Positions 36,412 to 50,729 of a stretch of DNA of 64,000 nt are shown here, in pieces. The DNA is taken from the NCBI RefSeq assembly GCF_039654945.1, contig NW_027361714.1:63612001-63676000 (forward strand). Reading direction: 5' to 3'. Position numbers and translations under genes: made by a program. The stretch is from Dendrobates tinctorius. Its lineage: Eukaryota. The notes under the pieces were generated by a model. That model saw only the letters and a program-made list of their open reading frames with translations. It ran no database searches and was not told the origin of the DNA. Position 1 is the stretch's first letter; each line of letters begins with the position of its first letter.

Positions 36412-38017
36412 CAGTGGGGCAAAAAAGTATTTAGTCAGTCAGCAATAGTGCAAGTTCCACCACTTAAAAAGATGAGAGGCGTCTGTAATTTACATCATAG
36501 GTAGACCTCAACTATGGGAGACAAACTGATAAAAAAAATCCAGAAAATCACATTGTCTGTTTTTTTTTTCATTTTATTTGCATATTATGGTGGAAAATAA
36601 GTATTTGGTCAGAAACAAGCAATCAAGATTTCTGGCTCTCACAGACCTGTAACTTCTTCTTTAAGAGTCTCCTCTTTCCTCCACTCATTACCTGTAGTAA
36701 TGGCACCTGTTTAAACTTGTTATCAGTATAAAAAGACACCTGTGCACACCCTCAAACAGTCTGACTCCAAACTCCACTATGGTGAAGACCAAAGAGCTGT
36801 CAAAGGACACCAGAAACAAAATTGTAGCCCTGCACCAGGCTGGGAAGACTGAATCTGCAATAGCCAACCAGCTTGGAGTGAAGAAATCAACTGTGGGAGC
36901 AATAATTAGAAAATGGAAGACATACAAGACCACTGATAATCTCCCTCGATCTGGTGCTCCACGCAAAATCCCACCCCGTGGGGTCAGAAAGATCACAAGA
37001 ACGGTGAGCAAAAATCCCAGAACCACGCGGGGGGACCTAGTGAATGAACTGCAGAGAGCTGGGACCAATGTAACAAGGCCTACCATAAGTAACACACTAC
37101 GCCACCATGGACTCAGATCCTGCAGTGCCAGACGTGTCCCACTGCTTAAGCCTGTACATGTCCGGGCCCGTCTGAAGTTTGCTAGAGAGCATTTGGATGA
37201 TCCAGAGGAGTTTTGGGAGAATGTCCTATGGTCTGATGAAACCAAACTGGAACTGTTTGGTAGAAACACAACTTGCCGTGTTTGGAGGAAAAAGAATACT
37301 GAGTTGCATCCATTAAACACCATACCTACTGTAAAGCATGGTGGTGGAAACATCATGCTTTGGGGCTGTTTCTCTGCAAAGGGGCCAGGACGACTGATCC
37401 GGGTACATGAAAGAATGAATAGGGCCATGTATCGTGAGATTTTGAGTGCAAACCTCCTTCCATCAGCAAGGGCATTGAAGATGAAACGTGGCTGGGTCTT
37501 TCAACATGACAATGATCCAAAGCACACCGCCAGGGCAACGAAGGAGTGGCTTCGTAAGAAGCATTTCAAGGTCCTGGAGTGGCCTAGCCAGTCTCCAGAT
37601 CTCAACCCTATAGAAAACCTTTGGAGGGAGTTGAAAGTCCGTGTTGCCAAGCGAAAAGCCAAAAACATCACTGCTCTAGAGGAGATCTGCATGGAGGAAT
37701 GGGCCAACATACCAACAACAGTGTGTGGCAACCTTGTGAAGACTTACAGAAAACGTTTGACCTCTGTCATTGCCAACAAAGGATATATCACAAAGTATTG
37801 AGATGAAATTTTGTTTCTGACCAAATACTTATTTTCCACCATAATATGCAAATAAAATGAAAAAAAAACAGACAATGTGATTTTCTGGATTTTTTTTTCT
37901 CAGTTTGTCTCCCATAGTTGAGGTCTACCTATGATGTAAATTACAGACGCCTCTCATCTTTTTAAGTGGTGGAACTTGCACTATTGCTGACTGACTAAAT
38001 ACTTTTTTGCCCCACTG
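36412..38017 (+). mobile_element. Intact Tc1 transposon (IR/DR type)
   Basis: TA|cagtggggcaaaaaagtatttagtc...gactaaatacttttttgccccactg|TA; ~210-bp TIRs; uninterrupted ORF. Confidence 0.97.
36779..37801 (+). CDS. Tc1 transposase, DD34E, 340 aa
   Basis: Paired-like HTH N-terminus, WSDE, QHDND, then 34 residues to SPDLNPIE. Confidence 0.95.
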   Translation: MVKTKELSKDTRNKIVALHQAGKTESAIANQLGVKKSTVGAIIRKWKTYKTTDNLPRSGAPRKIPPRGVRKITRTVSKNPRTTRGDLVNELQRAGTNVTRPTISNTLRHHGLRSCSARRVPLLKPVHVRARLKFAREHLDDPEEFWENVLWSDETKLELFGRNTTCRVWRKKNTELHPLNTIPTVKHGGGNIMLWGCFSAKGPGRLIRVHERMNRAMYREILSANLLPSARALKMKRGWVFQHDNDPKHTARATKEWLRKKHFKVLEWPSQSPDLNPIENLWRELKVRVAKRKAKNITALEEICMEEWANIPTTVCGNLVKTYRKRLTSVIANKGYITKY

Positions 38018-38649
38018 TATTTGCAAAATGGATGTCTGAGGCGTTAGACTGTGAATAATTCCTTCTCTTCTAATCCAAATCAGCATCATCAAATGCATAC
38101 ACAATTGTCTCCAATCCACTTCTATAAAGGCTCCTTTGGTGCAAAAGACGTTAACTCTAACTGCTGCAAAGACCCTTATCCAAAGCATTGTTGCAGCTTT
38201 AATTTAAATAGCCCTAGATTATAAGGGGCAATATTGGACATAGCAAATATACAGGGCCAGAATTTTGGTTGGAGGGACCTGACCGGGGTATTTGCTCAGG
38301 GCCCCCAATTCCCCAGGGGCCCCCAGCCAGTGGCATGCCGCTAATACAAGCAAACCATGCAGCCATTATGCGGCCTGTGATTCAGTACCAGCACCTGCTC
38401 CGGGCAATCCCCTCCAGCGCCAATACAGTTGGATGCAATAATGGAGGAGGGAAGCCATCCTCTCCCTCCTCCATCATTGTTCCTCGGCATCTGACATCTC
38501 AGCCAGTGGGCGAGATGATGTCACTTTATCGCACCATGCAGTGAAGTGAAGTGGAGCTGCTGAGATGTGCTGCAGAGACAGGAGCAGTGAGGGAACGGGG
38601 AGAGGTGAGTAGTTATTAATTTTCTTTAATCAGTGAGTACTTTGTGGTC

Positions 38650-39570
38650 ACCATAATACTATATGGAGAACTATGCGGTGTGCATTATACTGTATGGAGA
38701 ACTATGGGGTGTGCATTATATTGTATAGAGGACTATAAGATGTGCAGCATACTATATGAGGACTATAAGGTATAATTTATACTCTATGAAGGACTATAGG
38801 GGTTCATTATACTATATGGAGGACTATGGGGCGCATTATACTATATGGAGAACTATGGAGTGCATTACACCATATGGAGGACTACTGGGTGCATAATAGT
38901 ATATGACGGACTACAGGGTGTGCATTATACTATGTAGAGGGCTATAGGATGTATTATACTATATGGAGGACTATGGAGGGTGCATTATGCTATATGAAAG
39001 ATTAATGGGTGCATTATACTATATGAAGGAATATGGGGGTAGACATTACAGTGTATGGAGGACTATGGGGAGTGCATTATATTATATGGAGGACTATGGG
39101 GGTACATCAGGGCCGGACTGGCCATCTGGAAATTCTGGCAAATGCCAGAAGGGCCTGTCTGGTTGTGAGCTGCCTTGTCTACTACGTTGTTAGCAGAATC
39201 GGTGTTCTAAAGACACCCATAGTGTTAAGAGTTGTGATGGAGCACAAAGTTGCTGACTCCGTATCTTACCATGGGTATCATTATACATATTGGTCTTGTA
39301 GTAAATCTTGCTTTCCTCCATCCAGGGTAATATTAGCAGTAACATATCCCATCTGGTGTTTGGGATGGGGACAGCATGGGCCTGTGTGATTTCAAATGCC
39401 AGGGCTGAATTTCAGCCCCAGTCTGTACCTGGGGTACATTATACTATATTGAGGACTATGGGGAGTGCATTATACTATAAAGATGAACATGGGGAGTTTA
39501 TTGTACAATAATGAGGACTATGGGGAGTGCTTTATAATATATGGAGAACTACAGGGCCCATTATACTAGA
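38650..39570. repeat. ~32-bp minisatellite (cattatactatatggaggactatggggtg) inside a non-autonomous element
   Basis: Many degenerate units are visible. Confidence 0.8.
39108..39431. mobile_element. hAT-type MITE
   Basis: TIRs cagggccggactgg / ccagtctgtacctg; perfect 8-bp TSD gggtacat (39100-39107, 39432-39439). Confidence 0.8.
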
Positions 39571-40104
39571 AGATGCACCTTTTCTGGGGCTGGGAGAGAA
39601 ATATCAATGGCCCCTAACCAGCCTGAAAATACCAGCCCCCAGCTGCTTTAGCTTGACTGGTTGTCAAAATTGGGAGTGACCCCATGCTGTTTTTTTTAAA
39701 TAATTTAAAAAAAAGCGTGCGACCCCTGTTTTCTTGATAACCAGCCTTGCTAACGCTGACAGCTGTGGGTTGCAGCCTGCTGATGTTAGTTTTGCCTGGC
39801 TGGTTATCAAAAATACAGGGGATCTCACAATTTTTTTTAAAAGTATATATTTATTTATTTAGATCTCAAGTGCCAGCTGATAAATACTCACACCAGCCAC
39901 GCCTGCTCTTGCTGTTATTAGTGGCAGTAGGCGTAGGCTGATAGGAGTAGTAGTCCCATCAGCCCACGCCAGTGACCAGAGGTAAAAATTTTACCTCCCG
40001 TCACAGCTGCGGGCTTACGCTGTACATGTTCCTGATCCATATATACAGTATATAAACCACATATCCAAGCCCTTTCCGCTTCCTGCTGACTTCAACTCAA
40101 AAAT

Positions 40105-40830
40105 ATTTCACGGATCCGTACATTCCTCAACCAAGAATCTGCAAAAACCCTAGTCCATGCCCTCATCTCCCGCCTTGACTACTGCAACCTCCTGCTCTGT
40201 GGCCTCCCCTCTAACACTCTTGCACCCCTCCAATCTATTCTTAACTCTGCTGCCCAACTAATCCACCTGTCCCCCTGCTATTCTCCCCTCTGTCAATCCC
40301 TGCACTGGCTCCCCATTACCCAAAGACTCCAGTTCAAAACCCTAACCATGACATACAAAGCCATCCACAACTTGAGTCCTCCGTACATCTGTGATCTAGT
40401 CTCCCGGTACTTACCTGCACGAAACCTCCGATCCTCACAAGATCTCCTTCTGTACTCCCCTCTTATCTCCTCTTCCCACAATCGCATACAAGATTTCTCC
40501 CTTGCATCCCCTCTACTCTGGAACTCTCTACCTCAACATATCAGACTCTCGCCTACCATGGAAACCTTCAAAAAGAACTTGAAGACCTACCTCTTCCGAC
40601 AACTTGCAGTAACCACCAAACCTCTGCACGACCAGCTCTACCCTCGCCTACTGTATCCTCACCAATCCCGTTGTAGATTGTGAGCGCTCGCGGGCAGGGG
40701 CCTCTGTCATCCTGTACCAGTCGTGACTTGTATTGTTTTAGATTACTGTACTTGTATGTATTATGTATACCCCTTCTCACATGTAAAGCGCCATGGAATA
40801 AATGGCGCTATAATAAATAATAATAATAAT
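40105..40830 (+). mobile_element. L2-type LINE 3' fragment
   Basis: Encodes LVHAL(I)SRLDYCNLLLCGLP...LHWLPITQRLQFKTL...LWNSLP...FKKNLKTYLF; ends tgtaaagcgcc...(taa)n. Confidence 0.85.
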
Positions 40831-41322
40831 CCATGTCCAAATAGGTGTTCGGTAAAGACCCTGAACTTTACTGTTCGCTCATTTCTACATAGGAGTAAAC
40901 ATCAACAATCACATCAGCAACTGGCAACGAAAGAGCAAAATGCTGCCTATTGTTTTTTGTGCTAGAAAAAAAAATCTTTATTCTCAGCAGCACATTGCCC
41001 AGTGCAAACTGCTGATATGCTGCTGAAAATATGATACTGTATGGTGACAGACTGATTTATTAGTGATCTTTCTGTCCCCATTATTCTTCCTAAGCCTTTG
41101 TGAAGAGGCCAGGAAACAAGCACCAAAGGACTTCAGTATTGTCGATTGCTCTCGTTTAGTGGCCTGAACTCAGCCAATGTAAATTCAATGTAAATGTTTC
41201 TGTGTAATGTTGCAATATATTAGCACTTGGGGCCCCACTTTGACCTTTGCCCAGGACCCCACTTTGCTTTAAACCGGCCCTGCAAAGATAGAAAGAAATA
41301 TGTGGATAATGATAAAAATGTA

Positions 41323-42935
41323 CAGTGCTTTGCGAAAGTATTCTGCCCCCTGGAAATTTCAACCTTTTCCCACATATCATGCTTCAAACATAAAGATACC
41401 AAATGTAAATTTTTGGTGAAGTATCGACAACAAGTGGGACACAATTGTGAAGCTGAACAAACTTTATTGGTTATTTAAAATTTTTGTGGAAATTCAAAAA
41501 CTGAATACTGGGGCGTGCAATATTATTCGGCCCCTTTACTTTCAGTGCAGCAAACTCACTCCAGAAGTTCATTGTGGATCTCTGAATGATCCATTGTTGT
41601 CCTAAATGACTAATGATGATAAATATAATCCACCTGTGTATAATCAATCTCCGTATAAATGCACCAGCTCTGTGCTAGTCTCAGGGCTCTGTTTGAAGAA
41701 CAGAGAGCATCATGAAGACCAAGAAACACAACAGGCAGGTCCGTGATACTGTTGTGGAGAAGTTTAAAGCCGGATTTGGATGGAAAATGATTTCCAAAAC
41801 GTTAAACATCCCAAGGAGCACTGTGCAAGCGATCATATTGAAATGGAAGGAGTATCAGACTACTGCAAATCTACCAAGACCCGGTCGTCTCTCTAAACTT
41901 TCATCTCAAACAATGAGAAGACTGATCAGAGATGCAGCCAAGAGGCCCATGATCACTCTGGATGAACTGCAGAGATCTACAGCTGAGGTGGGAAAGTCTG
42001 TCCATAGGACAACAATCAGTCATACACTGCACAAATCTGGCCTTTATGGAAGAGTGGCAAGAAGAAAGCCATTTCTCAAAGATATCCATAAAAAGTGTCA
42101 TTTAAAGTTTGCAACAAGCCACCTGGGAGGCACACCAAATATGTGGAAGAAGGTGCTCTGGTCAAACCAAAATCAAACTTTTTGGCAACAATGCCAAATG
42201 ATATGTTTGGCGTAAAGGCAACACAGCTCTTCACCCTGAACACACCATCCCCACTGTCAAACATGGTGGTGGCAGCATCATGTTTTGGGACTACTTTTCT
42301 TCAGCAGGGACAGGGAAGATGGTTAAAATTGATGGGAAGATGGATGGAACCAAATACAGGACCATTCTTGAAGAAAACCTGTTGGAGTCTGCAAAAGACT
42401 TGAGACTGGGATGGAGATTTGTCTTCCAACAAGACAATGATCCCAAACAAAAAGCTAAATCTACAATGGAATGGTTCACAAATAAACGTATCCAGGTGTT
42501 AGAATGGCCAAGTCAAAGTCCAGACCTGTATCGAATCGAGCTGTGGAAAGAGCTGAAAACTGCTGTTCACAAACGATGTCCATCAAACCTCACTGAGCTC
42601 GAGCTGTTTGCCAAGGAAGAATGGGCAAGAATTTCAGTCTCTCAATGTACAAAACTAATAGAGACATACCCCAAGCGACTTGCAGCTGTAATCGCAGCAA
42701 AAGGTGGCGCAACAAAGTATTAAGTTAAAGGGGCCTAATAGTGCATGCTCCACTTTTCAGTTTTTGAATTTCCACAAAAATTTAAAATAACCAATAAAGT
42801 TCGTTCAACTTCACAATTGTGACCCACTTGTGATTCTTCACCAAAAATTTACATTTGGTATCTTTATGTTTGAAGCATAATATGTGGGAAAAGGTTGAAA
42901 AGTTCCAGGGAGCCGAATACTTTCGCAAGGCACTG
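41323..42935 (+). mobile_element. Tc1 transposon (Passport-like), frameshifted transposase
   Basis: TA|cagtgctttgcgaaagtatt...aatactttcgcaaggcactg|TA; ORF pieces 41712-42215 and 42280-42723 ([13 protein letters not shown]). Confidence 0.93.
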
Positions 42936-43419
42936 TACTTCTCTAAATTTTAATGTTATATAGAGAGATTATGCAATTAAAACTAACCTATCAAATAAGA
43001 CATCAGATACACGTAAACCTTCAGGTTTCACCTCATCTTCTTCTAGGCTCATATGATAAAAAAAAGAAAAACAATCATGAAAAAATACTAAAATAAATGC
43101 ATTGAAAAATGGAAAAATATCATAGTAAAAATATGTAAAATGATGAAAAAAAATTAGGAGCCAAATTGAAAAAATAACAAAAAATAGATTAACAATACAA
43201 AAAAATCAGAAAAAACAATGCATTGAATTTGCACTTGATAAAGAAAAAAGATTTTTCTATAAAATACAGTCATGGCTGAAAGTGTTAGGCCCTGTTCGAA
43301 TGATGAGGAAGTAGTAGCGCTTTGGAAATAGCACATTTTTGTTGCGTCTAAAGTGCTGCATTCTAATTATGCAGGTAAGTCTTTATGTGTTCACGGAAGA
43401 AGGCAGGTTAACAGAATCC

Positions 43420-43652
43420 GTGGCTTATTGGATAGCACTGCAGCGCTGGAGTCCTGGGTTCAAATCCCACCATGGACAACATCTGCAAGGAGGTTGCATA
43501 TTCTCCCCGTGTTTGCGTGTTTCCTCCCACATTCTAAAGACATGCTGATAGGGAATTTAGATTGTGAGCTCCATCGGGGACAGTAATGATGTTTGCAAAC
43601 TGTAAAGCGCTGCGGAATATGTTAGCTCTATATGAAAATAAAGATTATTATT
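43420..43652 (+). mobile_element. tRNA-derived SINE
   Basis: tggcttattggatagcactgcagcgctggagtcctgggttcaaatccc...tgtaaagcgctgcggaata...(tta)n. Confidence 0.65.
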
Positions 43653-43654
43653 AA

Positions 43655-44925
43655 CGTGTGTAAGCCGCCCCCCCTAATTTTGCCACAAAAAACTGGGAAA
43701 ACTTATTGACTTGCGTATAAGCCTAGGGTTGAAAATGCAGCAGCTACTGGTAAATTTCAAAAATAAAAATGGATACCAATAAAAGTAAAATTAATTGAGA
43801 TATCAGTAGGTTAAATGTTTCTTAATATCCATATTGAATCAGGAGCCCCATATAATGCTCCATACAGTTCATGATGGGCTCCATAAGATGCTCCATACAA
43901 AACACACCCCATATAATGCCGCACAAAGGTTAATAATGCCCCAATAAGATGCTCCATAGAATAATATGCCCCATATAATGCTCCATAAAGGCTATGGCCC
44001 CTTAAGATGCTCCATAGATTATTCCCCCATAAGATGCTCCATAGATTATGCCCCCATAAGATGCTTCATAGATTATGCCCCAATAAGATGCTCCATAGAT
44101 GATGCCCCCATATGCTGCCCCATGGAATATGCCCCCATATGGTGCCCTCATATGCTGCTCCTTAGACTATGACCCCATATGCTGCTCCATAGAATATGCC
44201 CCCATATGCTGCCTCTTAGACTATGACTCCACATGCTGCCCCATAGAATATGCCCCCATATGTGGCTCCATAGACTATGCCCCCATATGCTGCCCCCATA
44301 ATATGCTCCATATATTATGCCCCCATATGCTGCTGCAAAAAAATGCCATACTCACCTCTCCTGCTCAGGACCTGGCAACTGAGATATTCACCTGTCCGGG
44401 GTCCATCACTGCTCACCGCTGTCTGCCGCTTCCTGTCAGTGACTGTTCAGCCAGTAGAGGGCACGGCGCGCACTAACCACGTCACTGCGCCTCCTGCTGC
44501 CTAAACGTCACTAACACAGGACGCAGCAGACAGCGGTGAGCAGCGATGGACCCCGGACAGGTGAATATTGGATATACTTACCCCCTTCTAGCACAGTCTC
44601 TGCAGCCCCGCTTCTCCAACTCCCACGGTCTGCACGGCAGCTCTTCCTTCCTCAGCGGTCACGTGGTACCGCTCATTAAACTCAATATGCACATATTCAT
44701 GAGTTTAATGAGCGGTACCATGTGACCGCTGAAGGCAGGAAGGGAGACCATGGAAGAAGCGGGGGATCTGCAGAGACCACGCCGGGGGGGTCAATTATGA
44801 TCTGACACTTCCGCTCCACCTCCCCCGCCGACCCCCAGGTATATGACTCATGTATAAGCCGAGAGGGGGACTTTCAGCCCAAAAAATGGGCTGAAAATTT
44901 CTGCTTATACACGAGTATAAACGGT
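43655..44925. mobile_element. Non-autonomous DNA element (CCGTA-type end) containing a ~28-bp minisatellite (43840-44340)
   Basis: Right end cttatacacgagtataaacgg|ta; repeated gtataagcc motifs; ccccataagatgctccatagattatg units. Confidence 0.55.
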
Positions 44926-47336
44926 ATTATCTATTGTGGAAATTTCTGCTGTGGAGACTAGTGTCTCCACAACAGAAAATGACATGCTGCGGCTCGTAAA
45001 CATGCACTGCGGGTGAGTTTACGCTGCTTCAAATAGAAGCACAATGGGCATGGGATTTCTTTAAATCCTATCCACTGTGCTTGTACTGTAGAATGCAGCA
45101 TTTTGAGCACAGCTAAGGGCGCTGCTTCTATCAGTAAGTGTATAACTAGTTATCCAAAGTAATTTAGTTTGTTTGGTCTATAACAATGATGTGAACTTCC
45201 CTGTACTGAAATATAAGTGACGTATCACTAGGTGGTGTGACAAAAGCTTGTATAGCTAGTTAACTAAAGTAATTTGTATATAGTAATTGTGTAAAATTCT
45301 CTAGCACTAAGGTATAAGTGGCAAGGTTTTGTTGTGGTCACCCCTTCCAAGGAGAGCAAATTTCGGTTGAGATATAAACTATCTCCAGATCGGCCATTAT
45401 TGATTTAAAATGAAATAAATGTGATGCATCCGAGGCAAGAAAATACACACAGCCAGTGTATCTCTGTGTACAATTCTTGTCTGGTTCTCAGATGCCCAGT
45501 CACAAGTCTTTATTACAACTACAGAGAAAAGAAAGTGGGAATAGTTTCTTACATTACATTACCTAAGACAGAATATATTTAAGTTGGGAAAAACAAAATT
45601 CAAACCAGTTCTATCCAGATTACTATATCAGAGACAACAACCCGTGTTATTGCTTTTACGAATAACACTTATAAAGCTATACTAAAATGCAGAATTAGCA
45701 AAGATATATAGGTAAATTTAATTGTCCAAAATAATAATCAAAGCAAAGTATAAATATTTACCATAACAGTCTGAAACTAAGTTCTGACTGTTAAATCACT
45801 CCTGAAGTAATACGATTTCCACGTTATTTTTGCTGTGCTATGTCAGTTATCCTCACTAGCTAGAGATCAATGAGTAGATTAACCTAAATCTCTGATATAG
45901 TAGCAATTTTCATAAATTATTATTGCACCATGTGGCAGCGGACCATATGTTGGCTCTATGCCAATGGACCAGCATAATATTGCTTACTTAACATGGGGTC
46001 TGTATACTTACTGATATATAATCACAGAGTTTATGCTGACTATATTGCTATATGCCGACACATCATCACCATCTTGATAAGGATCGATTACAAAATAGGA
46101 AATCTCCTGTAATAAAGGATAAAACAGCTAGCTTAATGACTAGTGCTGAGCATTCCGATACTGCAAATATCGGGTATCGGCAGATATCGGAATTCCGATA
46201 CCGCGAATACTTTTTGCATATCGAATATCGGAATCGGAAGGTCCCATAATGCAATGAGCCAGTTTGATTTGATTCAGTCAATGAGGAATCCGCACATCCT
46301 GTTAGGCATGCAGGCATGTTAACTAATGGCATGGCTGTGATTGGCTGCTGAAATGACGTCATGATGCACTATAAAAGCCTCCGCCGCCGCCATTTTGGGG
46401 TCACTCTGCTGTGAATTCAGTTATAGACAGGCTGCTGTTCAAGACTGAGGGACAGTTAGAGATAGCGATTTGCTATATAATATTGTGCTTTACTCAGGCT
46501 ACATTATCAACCAATGTAGCTTTCTTTTGCCTTGCAGCACTGTTCACAGCTGTCTGCAAGGTCTGTGTGAGTGCAGCTCACGCTGTAGTGTGTCCTGCAG
46601 CCACCTCTGGTTGTAGGCCGCTCAGCGTGCATCACTGCCTCATGCATATTTATTTTTGTTTTATTGCTGCTCATTTTTCATTAATTCTCCTATTAGTGTG
46701 CATCCATCCGTATCCTTCTACATTGGTTGCAAACACTATATAGGAGTAGACAGCGGAGCCTTTCTGCAGCCTTTCATTGCTAGTGCAGTTCTCTGCACTG
46801 TTCACGGCTGTCTGTGAGGTCTCTGTGAGTGCAGCTCACGCTGTAGTGTGTTCTGCGGCCACCTCTGGTTGTAGTCCACTCAGCGTGCGTCACTGCCTCA
46901 TACATTGTTTCTCCTATTAGTGTGCTTCCATCTGTATCCAGCTAGATTGGTTGCAAACACTATATAGGAGTAGATAGAGGAGCCTTTTTTCTGGCTTGTG
47001 CCCTGCAGCCCCAGCCAGATTAGTATTAGCCTATTTTTTGGAGCCTCATCTATTGCATTGTAGGTTACCTAACTGCATTGTAATAGCTCCAAAAAGTTTG
47101 TGATACTATCGCTTTCACATCTTTGGTCACATCCTTTTTGTTTTTTTGAAAAAAAAACCACGTAAAGTTTACCAAACACTCCACTTGACAGTTGTGTAGG
47201 CCACATTAGCTCATATTAAAGTGTAATCCACACTTTATAAAATTAGTATTTCTTATACCTGTTAGCAGCTGTTCAGGAATAAGCACACTAAGCCCCCCCT
47301 TTGTACTTTTCTGCCTATCTTTATCAGTCTACCAAG

Positions 47337-50300
47337 ATGAAGAAGGCAGGGAGTAAGGCACGTGGTCGTGGAGTTTCAGCAGGGAGAGGACGTGGGGATT
47401 TTGTGCCTGCTGTGGGCACCAGTGACTCAGCATCCCCCAGTTTTACCAGGGAACAGTCCTTTATGCGCAGCTTTGTAGGACCTCGCCGTACCCCACTGCT
47501 GCGGGATGAACCAATTGAAGCCGTTGTTGGATGGATGGCAGCTAACGCATCAACTTCAATTACTTCCACATCCTCTCAGGGCCAGAGCACTGAAGAGCAA
47601 CCATCTGTCTCTTCACCACCTTCCAAATTGCCCAGGCAGTCAGAGAGCCCTGGACAGGAGCCATCTCTACTTCTGTTCTCTGAATCTCTTGGCTTGGAAA
47701 CAGCCAGCCAAGCAGCATTCTAGAATGTGAAGAAGAGGGAGTATGCAGTGATGCGCAACTGCTTTGTACCTCTGAATCTGAAGAGGCGGGTGGGGCCAGT
47801 GCCTATGGTCAGCACACCTCAGTACGGATCAGATGACGAGACTCAGGTGCCACTTTCTGGTGCATACTGTGCTGGCAAGACTACCCAGGAGAAGCAGGTG
47901 TTTGAAGAGGGGAGTGTAGATGATGAGGTCCTTGACACATCATGGCGTGAGGAACAGGAAGGTGGTGGGAGCAGCTCTGAGGAAGAGATTCCCCGAACGG
48001 CCAAAACAGGAGGGAGAGGGAGGGGGCAGACTTGGTTGACTGTAGCCTCCACTTCGGCACCCGTTAGGAGCATTCCTCTTCCAAAACGGGCGCTCCCAGG
48101 ACTTACAGTGCGTGGAGCCTTTTTTGACACAGTTGCAGATGACATTTGCTTTGTCAAATGCAAGCTGTGTAATCAAAGTCAAAAGAGGGAAAAGTGTCAG
48201 CAACCTGAATACCACAAATAAGTGGAAACATGTGCGGACCAAGCACGTGATGGAGTTGCAAAGACACACTGAAGATGTAGGCCAACCTGCAGCACCACCT
48301 ACCACCTCTTCAGCTCGTGTTGTAGCCTCTTCCTCCAGCTCACACACAGCTGGTTCGACTTCCTGACAGGATCGCCATGGAAGAACCTCTGGCACTGTTG
48401 TCCAGAGACCCAGTGACATTCCACCCACAGCACCACGTTCCCTGTCATCCTCACACTCCCAAGCAACTCTACAGCCATCGGTAGCACAGGCATGGGAGAA
48501 AAGGCGGCCATACTCGGCAAACCATCCCCGAGCACAGGCTCTGAATGCTGGCATTGCAAAACTACTGGCCCTTGAAATGCTTTCAGTCAGGCTGGTGGAG
48601 ACTGACACCTTCCGTAACTTCATGGCATTGGCAGTCCCACAATACACCATGCCCAGCCGCTTTTATTTCAGCAGGCAAGCCGTCCCTGCCCTGCAAAAGC
48701 ATGTGGAGGGAAAAATTATACATGCACTACTAAACGCCATCAGTAGCAAGGTCCACCTGACCACCGATGCGTGGACCAGTAACCATGGACAGGGACGATA
48801 CCTTTCCCTCACTGCCCATTGGGTCAATGTTGTGGAGCCGGGTACAGATCTTGAGAGTGGCGCTGTACGTGTTCTGCCAACTCCAAGGATTGCAGGAATC
48901 CAGTCTGTACACATTGACTCCTCCTCATACTCCAGTTCCTCAGAATCAGTGCTGCAGGAGCCGTCACGGTCTACCTCCACATGGACCCGTGAACGCTTAC
49001 CTGTTACGACCGATATGAGCACAGCCGTGGCCAAATGTCAACAGGCCGTACTGAAATTAATTTCTTTGGGGAATCGAAGCCACACAGCGCCGGAGCTCTG
49101 GAATGCCATCAAGCAGGAGAGCGACGTGTGGTTTGTGCCAGCGAATCTCCAGCCAGGCTTGGTAGTGTGTGACCACCACTGAGTGGGCCTCTATGAAGGA
49201 CATCTGCCACGTTTTGCGTGCCTTCGATGATTCCACGCGGATGGCGAGTGAAGATGATGCACTAGTCAGCATGACTGTCCCCCTTATCTGCCTGCTTCAA
49301 AAAACACTGCAAGCTGACTAAGGGTACCGTTACACCTAGCGACTCACCAGCGATCCCGACCAGCGATATGACGCGGTCAGGATCGCTGGTGCATCGCTAG
49401 GTGGTCGCTAGTGAGCTGCCACACAGGCAGATCTCACTAGCGACATCGCTGGGGACGGGGATCGCTACTTACCTGTCAGACGAGGCGATCCTTCTTGCTC
49501 CCGCCCGGCTCCACGCGTCGCTCATCGTCACAGCAGGAAGCGCCGCAGGAAGTGACCGACGAGGAATGGTCCAGCAGCTTCTTGCGCGATCAGCGATAAC
49601 CAGCAGGGGAGCTGGTCGGAGGTATCACATGCAGCGATATCGCTAGCAATATCGCTGCAACGTCACAAAATCGGTGACTTTACAGCGATATTGCTAGCGA
49701 TATCGCAGTGTGTAATGGGAGGATGAGGAGTCACAAATGCCATCTGCTTCTGGACAGTCTGCACAACGTGGTTCCTCACAAAGGCCTAGGCAGGGGACAC
49801 TTTGTGAGGAGGATGAGGAGGAGTCAATGGAGTAGGAAGACATCTCTCCAGAGGAGGGAGGTACACAATGCTCTCGTAGTCAGGATGTAGAGCGAGGGTG
49901 GGGTGATGCTGAGCAGGCAGTGAAGACGACTCAAGCAGGGGACAGTGTTTCTTGGCCAGTTGGGAGTTTGCAACACATGGTTGATTTCATGCTGCAATGC
50001 ATGAGAAACGACTGCTGCATCGCCCACATTCTCAACACGGCTGATTATTGGGTGTACACCCTCCTAGATCCTCGCTACCAGGACAACTTACAAAGCCTCA
50101 TAACACCGTTGAACCAGGAGCGTAAAATGCGGGAGTACCAAGACACACTGGTGCATTCCATCATGTTCTCCATTCCACCCGAGTAGTGCTGCTAGTGCTT
50201 TACAAAGCAGCTCTGTGTGTCGAGGCAGTGGAGGAAGCTCTGCACAAAGAGGGAGCAGAGGCAGCGCCTCAGCACAAGGCAAGACCAATATAGCCCAAAT

Positions 50301-50670
50301 GTGGCAAAGTTTTGTGTGCCCGCCACAAATGTCTACACCATCACAGATGGCTCCAGTCAGCAGGAGGCGTTTCCGTCAGATGGTGACAGACTACATGTCT
50401 TGCCCTGTCAGTGTACTCCCAGACGGCTCTTCCCCCTTCAAGTTTTGGGTCTCTAAGCTGGATACATGGCCAGAGCTTAGCCAGTATGCATTGGAGGTGC
50501 TGGCTTGCCCTGCTGCTAGTGTATTATCGAAACGCGTCTTTAGTGCCGCAGGTGGTGTACTAGCAGACCGTCGCACGCGACTATCCTCCGATAACGTTGA
50601 CCAGCTTACTTTTCTGAAAATGAACAAGGCCTGGATCTCGCCAGAATTTGCCAGTCCTCTTCCAGAATAA
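47337..50670 (+). pseudogene. hAT (ZBED-like) transposase pseudogene
   Basis: MKKAGSKARGRG start; BED remnant CKLC...WKHVRTKH; LTTDAWTS; VVCD followed by an internal deletion at about 49180; LLDPRY; WPELSQYALEVLACPAASVLSKRVFSAAG. Confidence 0.88.
49322..49719. mobile_element. PIF/Harbinger-type MITE (CAGCGAT-rich family)
   Basis: taa|gggtaccgttacacc...; close to 16201-16606; right TIR eroded. Confidence 0.8.
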
Positions 50671-50729
50671 GTAATTGGTTGGCAACAGTATCCAGGTCTC
50701 CTGTTGTGTTCATGTTTCTACCACCTGAA

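Noticed and set aside
36688-37428. 246-aa antisense ORF (also 53616-54356)
   Set aside because: Shadow ORF of the Tc1 transposase with no recognisable domain.
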